Below are positions 29,289 to 39,719 of a DNA stretch of 57,347 nucleotides, piece after piece. The notes under the pieces are model-generated. The model was not told the origin of the DNA. It saw only the letters and a list, made by a program, of their open reading frames with translations, and made no database searches. Each line of letters opens with the position of its first letter. Position 1 is the first letter of the stretch. Location: the sequence record SRR20825019_1390, one strand, 5' to 3'. The position numbers and the translations under genes are program-made.

Positions 29289-29320
29289 CCGGGCCCGGGC
29301 TGCTGACTATGGGGATTTAA

Positions 29321-29830
29321 ATGACTGCATTGCTTGAAATCGACCGGCTGCTGGATGACCTGGAAGCTGGCCTGCGCAAGAAACTGGAAGAGCGGGGCGT
29401 AACCTCCCCGGCGCTCATTGGCATTCGTACCGGTGGTGTCTGGCTGGCGGATGTCATGAGTAAACGCCTGGGTCTCCAGGAACCCTGGGGGGAACTGGAT
29501 ATTTCCTTCTACCGTGACGACTTCAGCCGCATAGGGCTGAACCCGAAAGTGAAGCCCTCCAGCCTGCCGTTCAGCACCGAAGACCGAGACATTATCCTGA
29601 TCGATGACGTGATCATGAGCGGCCGTACCATTCGCGCGGCCATGAATGAAATCTTCGATTATGGCCGGCCGGCGAGTATCATCCTCGCCACGTTGGTGGA
29701 TCTGGGCGCTCGGGAGCTACCCGTTCAGCCAGATGTAACCGGACGGGTGCTTGCCCTGCAGTCGCATCAGCGTGTCAAACTGCGCGGGCCGGACCCACTG
29801 CACATAGAACTCCAGGAAACAGGCCACTAA
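29321..29830 (+). CDS. pyrR: Pyrimidine regulator/uracil phosphoribosyltransferase
   Basis: [28 protein letters not shown] and RELP. Confidence 0.95.
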   Translation: MTALLEIDRLLDDLEAGLRKKLEERGVTSPALIGIRTGGVWLADVMSKRLGLQEPWGELDISFYRDDFSRIGLNPKVKPSSLPFSTEDRDIILIDDVIMSGRTIRAAMNEIFDYGRPASIILATLVDLGARELPVQPDVTGRVLALQSHQRVKLRGPDPLHIELQETGH

Positions 29831-29861
29831 TCAGCGAACGCATAACATCAACAGGCGACCC

Positions 29862-30875
29862 ATGACGGCAACCGATCCCTCACAAACCTCCCTGCAGCTG
29901 ACCGCGGACGGCCAGTTACGCCATTTCCTGACCCTCGACGGTCTGAACCGCGCGCTGCTGACGGAAATCCTGGATACCGCGGATTCGTTTATCGAAGTGG
30001 GGGAGCGCAGCATCAAGAAGGTGCCACTGCTGCGGGGTCGCACCGTGGTCAACCTGTTCTTCGAATCCAGTACCCGCACCCGCAGCACCTTCGAACTGGC
30101 CGCCAAACGGCTGTCCGCCGACGTGCTCAATCTGGACATCAACACGTCCGCAACGTCCAAGGGCGAATCCTTGTCGGACACACTGCTGAACCTGGAAGCC
30201 ATGGCCAGCGATATGTTCGTGGTGCGCCACTCCCAGAGTGGTGCCCCCCATTTTATCGCCGAGAGCGTTACCCCTGGAGTTGCCATCATTAATGCCGGCG
30301 ACGGCCGCCACGCCCACCCAACCCAGGCCATGCTGGACATGCTCACCATTCGCCAGCACAAGGGCGGATTTGAAGGCCTGAAAGTGGCGATTGTCGGTGA
30401 TGTGCTGCACTCGAGGGTGGCCCGTTCCCAGATTCGTGCCCTGAATGAACTGGGCGCCGCTGAAGTGCGCGTTATTGCGCCCGCCACCCTGCTACCAAGG
30501 GACGTTGAGAGCCTGGGGTGCACTGTGGAATATGACATGACCCGGGGTATGAAGGATCTGGACGTGGTGATCATGCTGCGCCTTCAGAAAGAGCGCATGG
30601 AGGGTGCACTGCTGCCCAGCGAACGCGAGTTTTACCGGCTCTACGGCCTGAATCAGGAGAAGTTGGCGCTGGCCCATCCTGAATGCATCGTCATGCACCC
30701 GGGGCCGATCAACCGGGGTGTGGAAATCGAGTCCGCAGTCGCCGACGGGCCACAATCCGTGATCCTCAATCAGGTCACTAACGGTATCGCCATTCGTATG
30801 GCGGTGATGTCCATGGCCATGGGAGGTCAGATGGCCGAGCGCAGTCGCAAACTGGCGGGGAGGGCCCAGGGATGA
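29862..30875 (+). CDS. pyrB: Aspartate carbamoyltransferase catalytic subunit
   Basis: [19 protein letters not shown] and MHPGP. Confidence 0.97.
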   Translation: MTATDPSQTSLQLTADGQLRHFLTLDGLNRALLTEILDTADSFIEVGERSIKKVPLLRGRTVVNLFFESSTRTRSTFELAAKRLSADVLNLDINTSATSKGESLSDTLLNLEAMASDMFVVRHSQSGAPHFIAESVTPGVAIINAGDGRHAHPTQAMLDMLTIRQHKGGFEGLKVAIVGDVLHSRVARSQIRALNELGAAEVRVIAPATLLPRDVESLGCTVEYDMTRGMKDLDVVIMLRLQKERMEGALLPSEREFYRLYGLNQEKLALAHPECIVMHPGPINRGVEIESAVADGPQSVILNQVTNGIAIRMAVMSMAMGGQMAERSRKLAGRAQG

Positions 30876-32143
30876 GCATCCTTAAGATTATCGGTGGCCG
30901 CCTGGCCGACACCAACGCTGAAACCACCGTTCTGGTCCGTGACGGGCGAATCGCCGCCCTGGGTGAAGCGGCCGAAAAGGAACCCGCCGACCACGATTTT
31001 GACGCCACAGGCTGCCTCCTGACACCCGGATTTGTGGATCTGTGCTGCAACCTGCGTGAGCCGGGCAACGGCCAGAAAGGCAATATTGCCTCGGAAAGCC
31101 TCGCCGCCGCTCATGGCGGCTTCACAACCCTGTGTGCCTCACCGGACACCTCGCCGGTCAATGACTCCGGCGCGGTGACCAACCTGATCCTGGACGTGGC
31201 CGCGAAGCGCTCTTCGGTGCGGGTATTGCCGGTTGGCGCAATAACCCGTGGCCTGGAAGGCGAACTGCTCAGTGACATGGCCGGCCTGGCCGGTGCTGGC
31301 TGTATCGCACTGGGCAATGGAGCCCGCCCGGTGAAAAATGCCAGAGTGTTGCGCCGTTGTATGGCCTATGCCCGGACATTTGGCCTGACGGTGATGTTCA
31401 GCCCCGAGAACCAGGCGCTGGCAGCGGACGGCTACGCCCACGACGGCCTGGTGGCTTCGCGGTTGGGCCTGCTGGGTATCCCGGAGGTGGCGGAAACCGC
31501 CGCGATCATGGAAATGCTGTTGCTGGCGGAGGAAACCGGGGTTCGACTGCACCTTGGCCAGCTTTCCTGTGCCCGCAGCGTGGAAATGCTGGCCGATGCC
31601 CGCAAGCGTGGCATTGCAGTGACCGCCGATGTGGCCATGCACCAGTTGATGTTCACCGAGGACGCCCTGTCAGGATTCGACAGCCGCTATCACGTGCGAC
31701 CGCCACTGCGCTCTGAAAAAGACCGCCAGGCGTTGCTGGGCGGTGTGCGGGATGGCGTGATCGACGCCATCACCAGCCAGCACCAGCCCCACGATTCCGC
31801 TGCCAAACAGGCGCCTTTGGCGGCGACGGAACCGGGCCTGTCCACCATCGAAAGCACGCTGTCTATGGGGTTGTTGCTGGTCGAACGTGGCGAGCTGGAC
31901 ATGGCTAGCCTGATCCGCTCGCTGACTGGTGGCCCGGCTGAAGTGATTGGCCGTTCTGCCGAGCTCCGGCAGGGTGCGGTTGCAGACCTTTGTGTGTTTG
32001 ACCCCGATGCCACCTGGGTTCCCAACGACAGCAGCCTCAGCTCTGTTGGGCGTCATGTGCCGCTGCCAGGAAAGGCCCTCCCGGGCGTTGTTCGCCTGAC
32101 TCTGTGCGATGGGCGGCAGGCGTGGTCTCAATCTGACCTGTAG
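30872..32143 (+). CDS. pyrC': Pseudo-dihydroorotase (PyrC'/PyrX), structural partner of class A ATCase
   Basis: Amidohydrolase fold in which the metal-binding DxHxH is replaced by DLCCN; overlaps the pyrB stop. Confidence 0.88.
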   Translation: MSILKIIGGRLADTNAETTVLVRDGRIAALGEAAEKEPADHDFDATGCLLTPGFVDLCCNLREPGNGQKGNIASESLAAAHGGFTTLCASPDTSPVNDSGAVTNLILDVAAKRSSVRVLPVGAITRGLEGELLSDMAGLAGAGCIALGNGARPVKNARVLRRCMAYARTFGLTVMFSPENQALAADGYAHDGLVASRLGLLGIPEVAETAAIMEMLLLAEETGVRLHLGQLSCARSVEMLADARKRGIAVTADVAMHQLMFTEDALSGFDSRYHVRPPLRSEKDRQALLGGVRDGVIDAITSQHQPHDSAAKQAPLAATEPGLSTIESTLSMGLLLVERGELDMASLIRSLTGGPAEVIGRSAELRQGAVADLCVFDPDATWVPNDSSLSSVGRHVPLPGKALPGVVRLTLCDGRQAWSQSDL

Positions 32144-32179
32144 CTCCCGCCTTCATATCGCTTCATGTTGGCAAAGTGT

Positions 32180-32203
32180 GGCAGAGGTTGCGTAACCTCT
32201 GTC
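32180..32203. promoter_or_regulatory. Palindrome upstream of the solute-binding protein gene (operator or hairpin)
   Basis: CAGAGGTT-GCGT-AACCTCTG with no U-tract. Confidence 0.45.
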
Positions 32204-32368
32204 GAGCCCGTCACAGTTCCTTACCTTTTTGCCCCAGAGCCCTTGAAGACAGGCACCTGTGCCAACGTATTCTTACCATCGCCGGCATAGTCTCGGCGAA
32301 GGAATGCGGTGACCTGTGCACATGTGGATGTGCCGTCGCCCAACAATAATAATTCAGGAGTCATCCCC

Positions 32369-33388
32369 GTGAAATCAGTCAACCTCCCGCGAAAGGCCAC
32401 TGCGGTGGCAGCCCTGTGTGCCACTCTTGCGTTGTCGCCGTTCGTCCAGGCGGAATCAGACATCATGGAGCGAAGCTTCTGTGTGTTTGATCCGGTCGGT
32501 GCCAACGGTCCCCTGTTTGCCATTACCAAAACCTTCCAGCCGGTAGCCCTTAAGGAAGGTATCAAGCTGGACCTGCGTGCTTATACCGACGAGAAAGTCG
32601 CGGCCGAGGATTTCAAGGCCGGGCAGTGCGATGCGGTTTTGCTCACCGGTACCCGTGCCCGCGAATTCAACAAGTTTACCGGCACCCTGGAAGCCATGGG
32701 CGCTGTGCCCGGTGAGGAGGAAATGCGGCTGCTGTACAACACCCTCAGCCAGGAAAAGGCACGCCCGTTCCTGATTGACGGTGACTACGAAGTGGCTGGC
32801 GTATTTCCTGGTGGCGCGGTGTATCTCCACACCCGGGATCGGGCCATTGATTCAGTGGAAAAGCTGCAGGGCAAGCGCATTGCCACGCTGGATTTCGATA
32901 CCGCGTCCGTGCGCATGGTGCGCCACGTAGGGGCATCTGTAGTGGGCTCCAACTCCGCCAACTTTGCTGGCAAATTCAACAACGGCAGTGTTGACCTGGC
33001 CTACGCTCCGGCGGTTGCTTATTCGCCCCTGGAACTCTACAAGGGCGTGAACCCGAACGGTGGCGTATTCAAGTACGCCCTGGCCTATATGAACTTCCAG
33101 GTGATCATCCACCGCGACCGCTTCCCGGACGACGCCGGCCAGATGGTGCGTGACCAGGCCATCAAGCGTATTGACGAGGCCTATGAAATCATTGCCGAAG
33201 CCGAAGCCGGTATCCCCGACGACATCTGGATGCATCCGCCACAGGAAGACGTTGCCGAATACGACAAGATGCTGCGCAAGGTGCGGTTGTCGTTGCTGGA
33301 AGATGGTGTCTACGACGAGCGTGCGATCAGTCTGATGAAGGCGATTCGCTGCCGGGTGGACGGTGCCCGTTCCGAGTGCGCCTCCTGA
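32369..33388 (+). CDS. TRAP-type periplasmic solute-binding protein (DUF6091/AdeT-like)
   Basis: Signal peptide, CVFDPVGANG, AEDFKAGQCDA and DctP-like SVEKLQGKRI; GTG after CAGGAG. Confidence 0.8.
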   Translation: MKSVNLPRKATAVAALCATLALSPFVQAESDIMERSFCVFDPVGANGPLFAITKTFQPVALKEGIKLDLRAYTDEKVAAEDFKAGQCDAVLLTGTRAREFNKFTGTLEAMGAVPGEEEMRLLYNTLSQEKARPFLIDGDYEVAGVFPGGAVYLHTRDRAIDSVEKLQGKRIATLDFDTASVRMVRHVGASVVGSNSANFAGKFNNGSVDLAYAPAVAYSPLELYKGVNPNGGVFKYALAYMNFQVIIHRDRFPDDAGQMVRDQAIKRIDEAYEIIAEAEAGIPDDIWMHPPQEDVAEYDKMLRKVRLSLLEDGVYDERAISLMKAIRCRVDGARSECAS

Positions 33389-33398
33389 GCCGACAATG

Positions 33399-33420
33399 AA
33401 AGGGGCCCGGGCGGGCCCCG
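33399..33420 (-). terminator. Intrinsic terminator between the convergent binding-protein gene and hupA
   Basis: GGGGCCC-GGGC-GGGCCCC stem, followed by TTT on the minus strand. Confidence 0.7.
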
Positions 33421-33429
33421 GTTATCGCT

Positions 33430-33702
33430 TTAACGGATGGAGTCTTTCAGTGCCTTACCTGCCTTGAAGCCGACAGTTTTGCTGGCGGGTATCTTGATGG
33501 TTGCACCCGTTTGAGGGTTACGGCCATCCCGAGCCTCACGGCTGCGGATGTTGAAGGTGCCGAAGCCTATCAGAGTGGTGTCTTCGCCACGGGCCGCGGC
33601 GGCGGAGATCTGGTCAGTAACAGCGGTAATGACTTCGCTGGCTTTGTCCCGGGACAGTCCGGTTTTATCCGCAACGGCGGCGGCAAGTTCAGGTTTGCGC
33701 AT
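33430..33702 (-). CDS. hupA: DNA-binding protein HU
   Basis: 90 aa; MRKPELAA, GFGTF and GRNPQTG; GGAG RBS. Confidence 0.93.
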   Translation of the reverse strand: MRKPELAAAVADKTGLSRDKASEVITAVTDQISAAAARGEDTTLIGFGTFNIRSREARDGRNPQTGATIKIPASKTVGFKAGKALKDSIR

Positions 33703-33992
33703 CAGGTACTCCTTTTTGTCGTTTTTGGTCACTGGCCGACGGATGCGACGCCGTCGGCTGATCAAAGCTATAGCGGTTTGCGGGCCAATGTGCAAACCGG
33801 CAATTGAAATGCATTTGAAGCGCCGTTTCCATTTGCGGGATGTGTCTCATAAAAACAGGGAGTTGTCGGCGATAATGCCGATTCGGTTACAAACCGTAAC
33901 AGATTGTGAGTGCGGCCCTGGCCTGGTGACACTCCGGTTCTGAACCAACGCTCCGAACAACAAAAACGCAGAAGAGTAGAAGGTACAACGTT

Positions 33993-35057
33993 ATGACGAG
34001 TATTCAGAAACCTGTCAGTCAGGCTCATCGGGGCAATACACGTTTCCGTAGTGCAATGGCCGCTGTGCTTGCCAGTGTGGTTTTGAGTGGTTGTGGTGTC
34101 GTCAACAACATGATCTATAAAACCACCGGCGACGTGATGCAGGGCTTTTCCCGCAATCACACCGTGCCCTATCTACTGGAAAGTGACGACCTCGCCATGG
34201 GGTGCGCCATGAGTGAGGCCACCGCGCCCCTGCTGATGTCTTTTGGCCGGGTTACCAGTGAACCTGACCAACTGGCGGTGATGCTGTACCTCTCGGCTGG
34301 CGGGTGTGCAGAGGAGCAGGCACGGGAACACGAACTGGATGGTCTGGCCGCCCTGCGTGCGATGGACGCGGAAGAAGCGGAAGACGCCATGATTCGCCAG
34401 AAGCGCGCGCTTTCCCTGGCCGCCAAACGCTATCACCGGGGCTGGAAGCACCATAACGCCTTCTATGGCAAACCCGATGCAGGTGAGTGCCCTGATTTCG
34501 ATGACGACCTGGGCGAGTTCATCTACATGGCGGGCTTGTTGTCGGGCTTGCAGGCCCTGAATGCTGAAATTCAGTCCACCTCGTCCATTGGCGTCCCCAA
34601 GAACATCGGCTCCACGGTTTCTCGCGCGACCCGTTGTCTGGAAAACGACAAATGGTGGGGGGCTCCCATGGCACTGCGTGCGACGGTCTGGGCAATGATT
34701 CCTGGCGCACTGCCAGAGGGCGAGGATCCTTTTGAGCGGCTGGAAATTGCCGACGCGCAGGGCGAGGAAGCCGGTGTCAGGATCAGCCACGTGTTCCACG
34801 CCATCGCGGCCCAGAACAAAGGTGACGAAGAACGCCTTCGCGATGTGATCCGTAGCCACGCTCAGGCCATCGAGGAAACACCAGCGAACGAGGAGTGGGT
34901 CTTTGTCGATGCGATGGCCACGGACATGATTGTGGCGATCTCCGATCGGCTGTGGATGGAAAATACCGGGCACCGGACGCCCATGGGGCAACTGGGTACC
35001 TTCTGGGACGACGAGAAGGAAGCGGTCGAAACCATGGATCTGGACGATCTGCTGTAA
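33993..35057 (+). CDS. Lipoprotein, probable TRAP T-component (TatT-like)
   Basis: LSGC lipobox, predicted helical, directly upstream of a TRAP permease. Confidence 0.65.
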   Translation: MTSIQKPVSQAHRGNTRFRSAMAAVLASVVLSGCGVVNNMIYKTTGDVMQGFSRNHTVPYLLESDDLAMGCAMSEATAPLLMSFGRVTSEPDQLAVMLYLSAGGCAEEQAREHELDGLAALRAMDAEEAEDAMIRQKRALSLAAKRYHRGWKHHNAFYGKPDAGECPDFDDDLGEFIYMAGLLSGLQALNAEIQSTSSIGVPKNIGSTVSRATRCLENDKWWGAPMALRATVWAMIPGALPEGEDPFERLEIADAQGEEAGVRISHVFHAIAAQNKGDEERLRDVIRSHAQAIEETPANEEWVFVDAMATDMIVAISDRLWMENTGHRTPMGQLGTFWDDEKEAVETMDLDDLL

Positions 35058-35082
35058 ATCAATGTTCCCAGAGTGAGCTGTT

Positions 35083-37143
35083 ATGTCCCAGGGTGGTTTT
35101 CGACGTAATGGGTTGGAGTGGTTGTCCTCTCTGCCGGCCTGTCTGCTTTTGCTGTCGGTGGTGCTGTTCTCCACCAGTAGCGACATCCACAATCAGATGC
35201 TGCGTGGCGGCGAGCAATTGTGGAGCGGCTACTACAAGCTGAGAGTCGACCCGGTACAACCCACCTGTGACCCGAACGTGGACATCGACGCCGCCGTTCA
35301 GGAAGAGTTGGCGAAAGAGGGCTCCGACAATCCCATGGCGGCCCTGCTGGGAGAGTCGGAAAAGGACCCGGATGAAGTTCGCCTGGCCATTGAACGTTCG
35401 GTGGCGGATTGCCGCCAGAGCTACCAGAGTTACGAGAACCTCAAAGACAAGCTTACTCCCGGCGTAAAAGCCTACCGGGCAGTGGAGCTGTTTGTGGCCG
35501 ACCTGATTGCCTTCGGCCTGGAGTCCCAGCGCTACATACTGGTGATCCTGGTAATGCTGTGCGCGGTGACCGCCACCCTGACTCGCCACCACATTGCCAT
35601 GCGGGCCATGGAAACCCGCCTGGACTACATGGTTTCCCACACGCTGCAGACCGTCGCCAATGCCATGCTCCTGGGGTCCAGCGTGATCTTCCGCCAGTCC
35701 AGTTTTGGCGCCGACACCACCATGTCGTCCGATGAGCTGTTGCTCCATAACCTGTGGATTACCGGTTTCGCGGCGTTGACGCTCACCAGCCTGTATCGGC
35801 TTGTCAGGGTGCCGGATGACCTGAGGGAAGGCGGCGATCTGAACAAGGCCTTCCTGGCGGTGCCTCTCTATACCGTCATGTGCCTTATCTCGGGGACTTA
35901 CTTTGCGCTGATTGGTCACGCCTCCGGTATCGGTATCTATCTGGGCAAAATGATGGAGCTCTCCGACATGTTCCTGAACGTCGGGCTTTACGTGTGGGTA
36001 GGCATGATGCTGAAGCAGACGCGCCTGGCCACCCTGGTGTTCAATGTCTTCCGGCCCTGGCGTATGCCACCTGAAATGCTTGCTGTTGTAGCGGTGCTGG
36101 TGGCGGCGGTGCCCACTGCCTACACTGGCGCGTCGGGGATCTTTGTCATTGCGGCCGGCGCGGTTATTTACAGCGAACTACGCGCTGCCGGCGCCCGCCG
36201 TCATCTGGCCCTGGCGGCAACCGCCATGTCCGGGTCCATGGGTGTGGTCCTGCGGCCCTGCCTGCTGGTGGTGGTCATTGCCTACCTGAACCGGGAAGTC
36301 ACCACCGACGAGTTGTTTGGTTGGGGTATATGGGTGTTCGTGCTCACCGCGACCATGTTCACGGTGGTGGCCCTCACGGTGAACCGTCAGAGCAAGTTCA
36401 ATCTGGCTCCGGCCTCCACGGCCTTTCCACCCATGATGTCAGCGTTGAAGCATCTGATCCCTTATGCGCTGGTCATCGCTGCGGTGGTACTGCTGTACCG
36501 TTTTGCACTGGATGTGCAGATGGATGAATTCTCTGCCCCTCGGCTGTTACCGGTGATCATGCTGGCCATCCTGCTGTACGAACATGTCAGCCTGAAAAAC
36601 CGCAAAGGCCGGGCCAGTGGCGAGATCAATCACCAGGGCCTGGAACGCAGCTTGCGCTCGGCCACCAACGACACCACGGCGGAAATCGGCGCGCTGTTGC
36701 TGCTGCTGGGTTTGTCGGTCAGTATCGGCGGGGTGATCGAACGCTCCCATATTATGGGAACCTTCCCCCAGGCATTCGACAGTGCCTGGTCTGCCATGCT
36801 GCTGATGGTGCTGATCCTGGTGGTGTTGGGCATGATCATGGACGCCTTCGGCGCCGTTATCCTGGTGACCGCCACCGTGGCCACCATCGCCTACAGCAGT
36901 GGCATACACCCGATTCACTTCTGGATGGTGACCCTGGTCGCCTTCGAGCTGGGTTACCTGAGCCCGCCGGTGGCGCTAAACCACCTGTTGACGAGGCAGG
37001 TTGTCGGGGAAGCGGAAGTGCTGGCGGCACAGCAGGAAGAGGGCACCTTCTACCAGCGCCACGAGCGTATCATCATGCCACTGATTGCCATGGGCATTTC
37101 ACTGGTACTGGTAGCGTTTGTGCCACTGCTGTTCTACGCCTGA
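35083..37143 (+). CDS. TRAP transporter fused/large permease (DctM-like)
   Basis: Many TM helices; LGMIMD, GIHPIHF and GYLSPPVALN DctM signatures. Confidence 0.85.
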   Translation: MSQGGFRRNGLEWLSSLPACLLLLSVVLFSTSSDIHNQMLRGGEQLWSGYYKLRVDPVQPTCDPNVDIDAAVQEELAKEGSDNPMAALLGESEKDPDEVRLAIERSVADCRQSYQSYENLKDKLTPGVKAYRAVELFVADLIAFGLESQRYILVILVMLCAVTATLTRHHIAMRAMETRLDYMVSHTLQTVANAMLLGSSVIFRQSSFGADTTMSSDELLLHNLWITGFAALTLTSLYRLVRVPDDLREGGDLNKAFLAVPLYTVMCLISGTYFALIGHASGIGIYLGKMMELSDMFLNVGLYVWVGMMLKQTRLATLVFNVFRPWRMPPEMLAVVAVLVAAVPTAYTGASGIFVIAAGAVIYSELRAAGARRHLALAATAMSGSMGVVLRPCLLVVVIAYLNREVTTDELFGWGIWVFVLTATMFTVVALTVNRQSKFNLAPASTAFPPMMSALKHLIPYALVIAAVVLLYRFALDVQMDEFSAPRLLPVIMLAILLYEHVSLKNRKGRASGEINHQGLERSLRSATNDTTAEIGALLLLLGLSVSIGGVIERSHIMGTFPQAFDSAWSAMLLMVLILVVLGMIMDAFGAVILVTATVATIAYSSGIHPIHFWMVTLVAFELGYLSPPVALNHLLTRQVVGEAEVLAAQQEEGTFYQRHERIIMPLIAMGISLVLVAFVPLLFYA

Positions 37144-37153
37144 GTTTCAGGGG

Positions 37154-38113
37154 TCAAACTGGCTCTGCGGTCCGGTGTTCGCCACGCAGAAGCGTAACGT
37201 CGGCCCTGGGCGGTGCACCGAACAGGCGGCTGTACTCGCGGCTGAAATGCGAAGGGCTTTCGTAACCCACCCGATAGCTGGCGGTGGCAGCCTCAAGCCC
37301 CTCGGTCAGCATCAGGCGCCGGGCCTCATGCAGACGCAGCTTCTTCTGGAACTGCAGTGGCGACATCCGGGTCACCTGCTTGAAACTATGGTACAGGGTG
37401 GATTCGCTCATATTGGCCGCTTCCGCCAGTTCACTGATTCGTAGCGGTTCGGCGTAATGATCCTTCAACGTCGAGATAACCGTGGAAATGCGGTGTGCCT
37501 GGGAATCAGCGGCCGCAAACTTACGCATCCGTGACCCCATCTCGCCAATCAGAGCGCGATAAATGATTTCCCGCCGAGCCAGGGGTGCCAGAATAGGAAT
37601 ATCACCGGGCGAATCCAGCAGGCTGAGCAGCCGGTAGAGCGCGCTCTGCATCCGTTCATCCATCGACGACATACACAGGCCGCATTGCACCTCCGGGCAG
37701 GATTCGGTCGGGTGCAGCGGGGGTGCCTTGTCACCCAGTTCGAGCACCAGCTCCGCCACTTCCTGAGGGTCTACCTTGAGCTTTACCGCCAGATAGGGGT
37801 GTTCCTCCGAGGCATCAACAATTCGCCCCAGTACAGGCAGGTGGACTGAACTGGCCAGATAGGACAGGGGCTGGTAGGTGATCTCGCGGTCACCCAATTG
37901 GATGGTCTTGGTGCCCTGAATCACGAAACACAATGAAGGTTCATAGACACTGGAACCGCAGCTGGACGGTTCGTTGCAGCGTATCAATTCCAAGCCATCA
38001 ATGGCTGAACCCTGAATGCCCTGGTGTGTCGTCCATTGACTGGCGACACGGGCGAGCTGTTGCTGCAGATTGAGCGTGAGATTTCCGGAAATCTCAGGAA
38101 CGTTGGCAGTCAT
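37154..38113 (-). CDS. AraC-family regulator (YqhC/CmrA-like)
   Basis: YEPSLCFVIQGTK, MSPLQFQKKLRLHEAR and GYESPSHFSREYSRLFG. Confidence 0.92.
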   Translation of the reverse strand: MTANVPEISGNLTLNLQQQLARVASQWTTHQGIQGSAIDGLELIRCNEPSSCGSSVYEPSLCFVIQGTKTIQLGDREITYQPLSYLASSVHLPVLGRIVDASEEHPYLAVKLKVDPQEVAELVLELGDKAPPLHPTESCPEVQCGLCMSSMDERMQSALYRLLSLLDSPGDIPILAPLARREIIYRALIGEMGSRMRKFAAADSQAHRISTVISTLKDHYAEPLRISELAEAANMSESTLYHSFKQVTRMSPLQFQKKLRLHEARRLMLTEGLEAATASYRVGYESPSHFSREYSRLFGAPPRADVTLLRGEHRTAEPV

Positions 38114-38183
38114 CGGTGGGTCTCCCTTTGGCGGCAGTATAATCCTTCATAACCTGAACTGTACGGGTTCTCAGGCAATTTCT

Positions 38184-38281
38184 GCAGGATCAGGCAATGA
38201 CCACGCAGAAATTGGCAACCCGGCCTCTCCGGCATAAACCATGCCGGCAGAATCGGGCAAGCTTCCCGCAGTAACCCGATA
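38184..38281 (+). promoter_or_regulatory. Four phased direct repeats, candidate AraC binding sites
   Basis: GCAGGATCAGGCAA (38184), GCAGAAATTGGCAA (38205), GCAGAATCGGGCAA (38247) and GCAGTAACCCGATA (38268); offsets are 21, 42 and 21 bp. Confidence 0.7.
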
Positions 38282-38390
38282 CCGCTTTATGCCTTCCACT
38301 GGATATTGTTGTGTTCCCGTTGGGTAAACATTACCCGATCCGATTAACCGGCGCTATGTCACCCATAGCCAGCATCTCGATTCAAGGTTA

Positions 38391-38421
38391 TTGACCTCAA
38401 GTTAACTTGAGGAAATAAGCT
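38391..38421 (+). promoter_or_regulatory. SoxR-type promoter: -35 TTGACC, 19-bp spacer with SoxR box, -10 TAAGCT
   Basis: Perfect palindrome CCTCAAGTTAACTTGAGG at 38395-38412 matches the canonical SoxR operator; the 19-bp spacer is typical of MerR-family promoters. Confidence 0.9.
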
Positions 38422-38528
38422 TCGTGTCGAATTCGTTTTACCCCAAGCGACTTAACAAGCGATCCAACCGATTACTTGGCAAAAACGGGAACGCCCACAA
38501 GGTGAACCCGATAGCGGAGCGAGAAACC

Positions 38529-39719
38529 ATGGAAAGTCTGACTGCAAAACCGTTCAGAGGGTCTGGCCGTGTACTGGGCCTGGCTGTAGCGATCACTGTT
38601 TTATTGACCGGCTGCGAGGCGCAAAGCGATGAAGCTGCAAGCATGCCGCCTCCGCCGGAGGTGGATGTGGCGGAAGTGGTCGTGGAACCGGTCACTCTCT
38701 GGGAATCATTCACAGGCCGTGTGGCATCGCCGGAAACGGTGGACTTGCGGCCCCGCGTCAGTGGCTACATCGACAAGGTGGCCTTTGAGGAAGGCGAACT
38801 GGTGCAGGCCGGCGAGCTGTTGTTCCAGATAGATCCACGTCCGTACGAAGCCCAAAAGCAGGCGGCGAGTGCCGAACTGGCGCTGGCCAACAGCCAGCTT
38901 GATCTGGCCAGAAGTGAAGCCGGCCGGGCCAAGACGCTGCTGGAAAGCCGGGCAATATCCCGTGAGGAATACGATCAGCGCAATACCGCGTTGATGAGCG
39001 CCCGGGCCCGTGTACAGGCTGCCCAGGCCGCGCTGGATACCGCCGAGCTGAACCTGCAGTACACCCGTGTAACTGCACCTGTCAGTGGCCGGACTGGCAG
39101 GGCCCTGGTGACCCAGGGCAACCTGGCGAACGCCGACCAGAGCCTGCTCACCACGGTAGTTTCGGTAGACCCGGTGCACGTGTATTTCGAGGCCGATGAG
39201 CAATCGGCGTTCAGTAGCCAGCAGCTGCTTGCCAATGGTCAGCCCAGGGATGTGCGCATTTCACTGGGTGGCGAGGATGGCCGTCAGTACCAGGGCGAGC
39301 TGGATTTCGTCGACAATCACCTGAATCCGGGGACCGGCACCCTCCAGTACCGTGCCGTGCTCAACAACCCGGACGGTCTGATCAAGCCCGGCCAGTTTGC
39401 CCGTGTGGAAATGCCCGTGGCCGAGCTGGACCAGGCGCTGCTGGTCAACCGCAAGGCGGTGCTGACCGATCAGGACCGTCGTTTCGTCTACGTGGTGGAT
39501 GAACAGGATCGGGTTGCGCCCCGGCAGGTCACTACTGGCCGTCAGGTGGATGATCTCCAGGTGATCCGTGAAGGTCTCAACCATGGCGATCTTGTGATCA
39601 TCAATGGTGTGCAGAAGGTGTTTGGCGCTGGTATGCAAGTCAAGCCGCAGCTGGTTGCCATGAAAGAATCCGACCAGGGAGAAGGCGCCGTTGCCGTCGC
39701 CCAGGAGCTGGCGCAATGA
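38529..39719 (+). CDS. RND efflux membrane fusion protein (OqxA/MexE-like)
   Basis: LLTGC lipobox; RPRVSGYI, IDPRPY and TAPVSGR motifs. Confidence 0.93.
   Translation: MESLTAKPFRGSGRVLGLAVAITVLLTGCEAQSDEAASMPPPPEVDVAEVVVEPVTLWESFTGRVASPETVDLRPRVSGYIDKVAFEEGELVQAGELLFQIDPRPYEAQKQAASAELALANSQLDLARSEAGRAKTLLESRAISREEYDQRNTALMSARARVQAAQAALDTAELNLQYTRVTAPVSGRTGRALVTQGNLANADQSLLTTVVSVDPVHVYFEADEQSAFSSQQLLANGQPRDVRISLGGEDGRQYQGELDFVDNHLNPGTGTLQYRAVLNNPDGLIKPGQFARVEMPVAELDQALLVNRKAVLTDQDRRFVYVVDEQDRVAPRQVTTGRQVDDLQVIREGLNHGDLVIINGVQKVFGAGMQVKPQLVAMKESDQGEGAVAVAQELAQ

Noticed and set aside
29289-29320. PyrR attenuator leader
   Set aside because: Only 32 nt separate yqgF and pyrR, with no terminator/antiterminator structure.
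30872-32143. pyrC as a decayed pseudogene
   Set aside because: Loss of the metal ligands is the known feature of the structural PyrC' subunit, and the ORF is intact.
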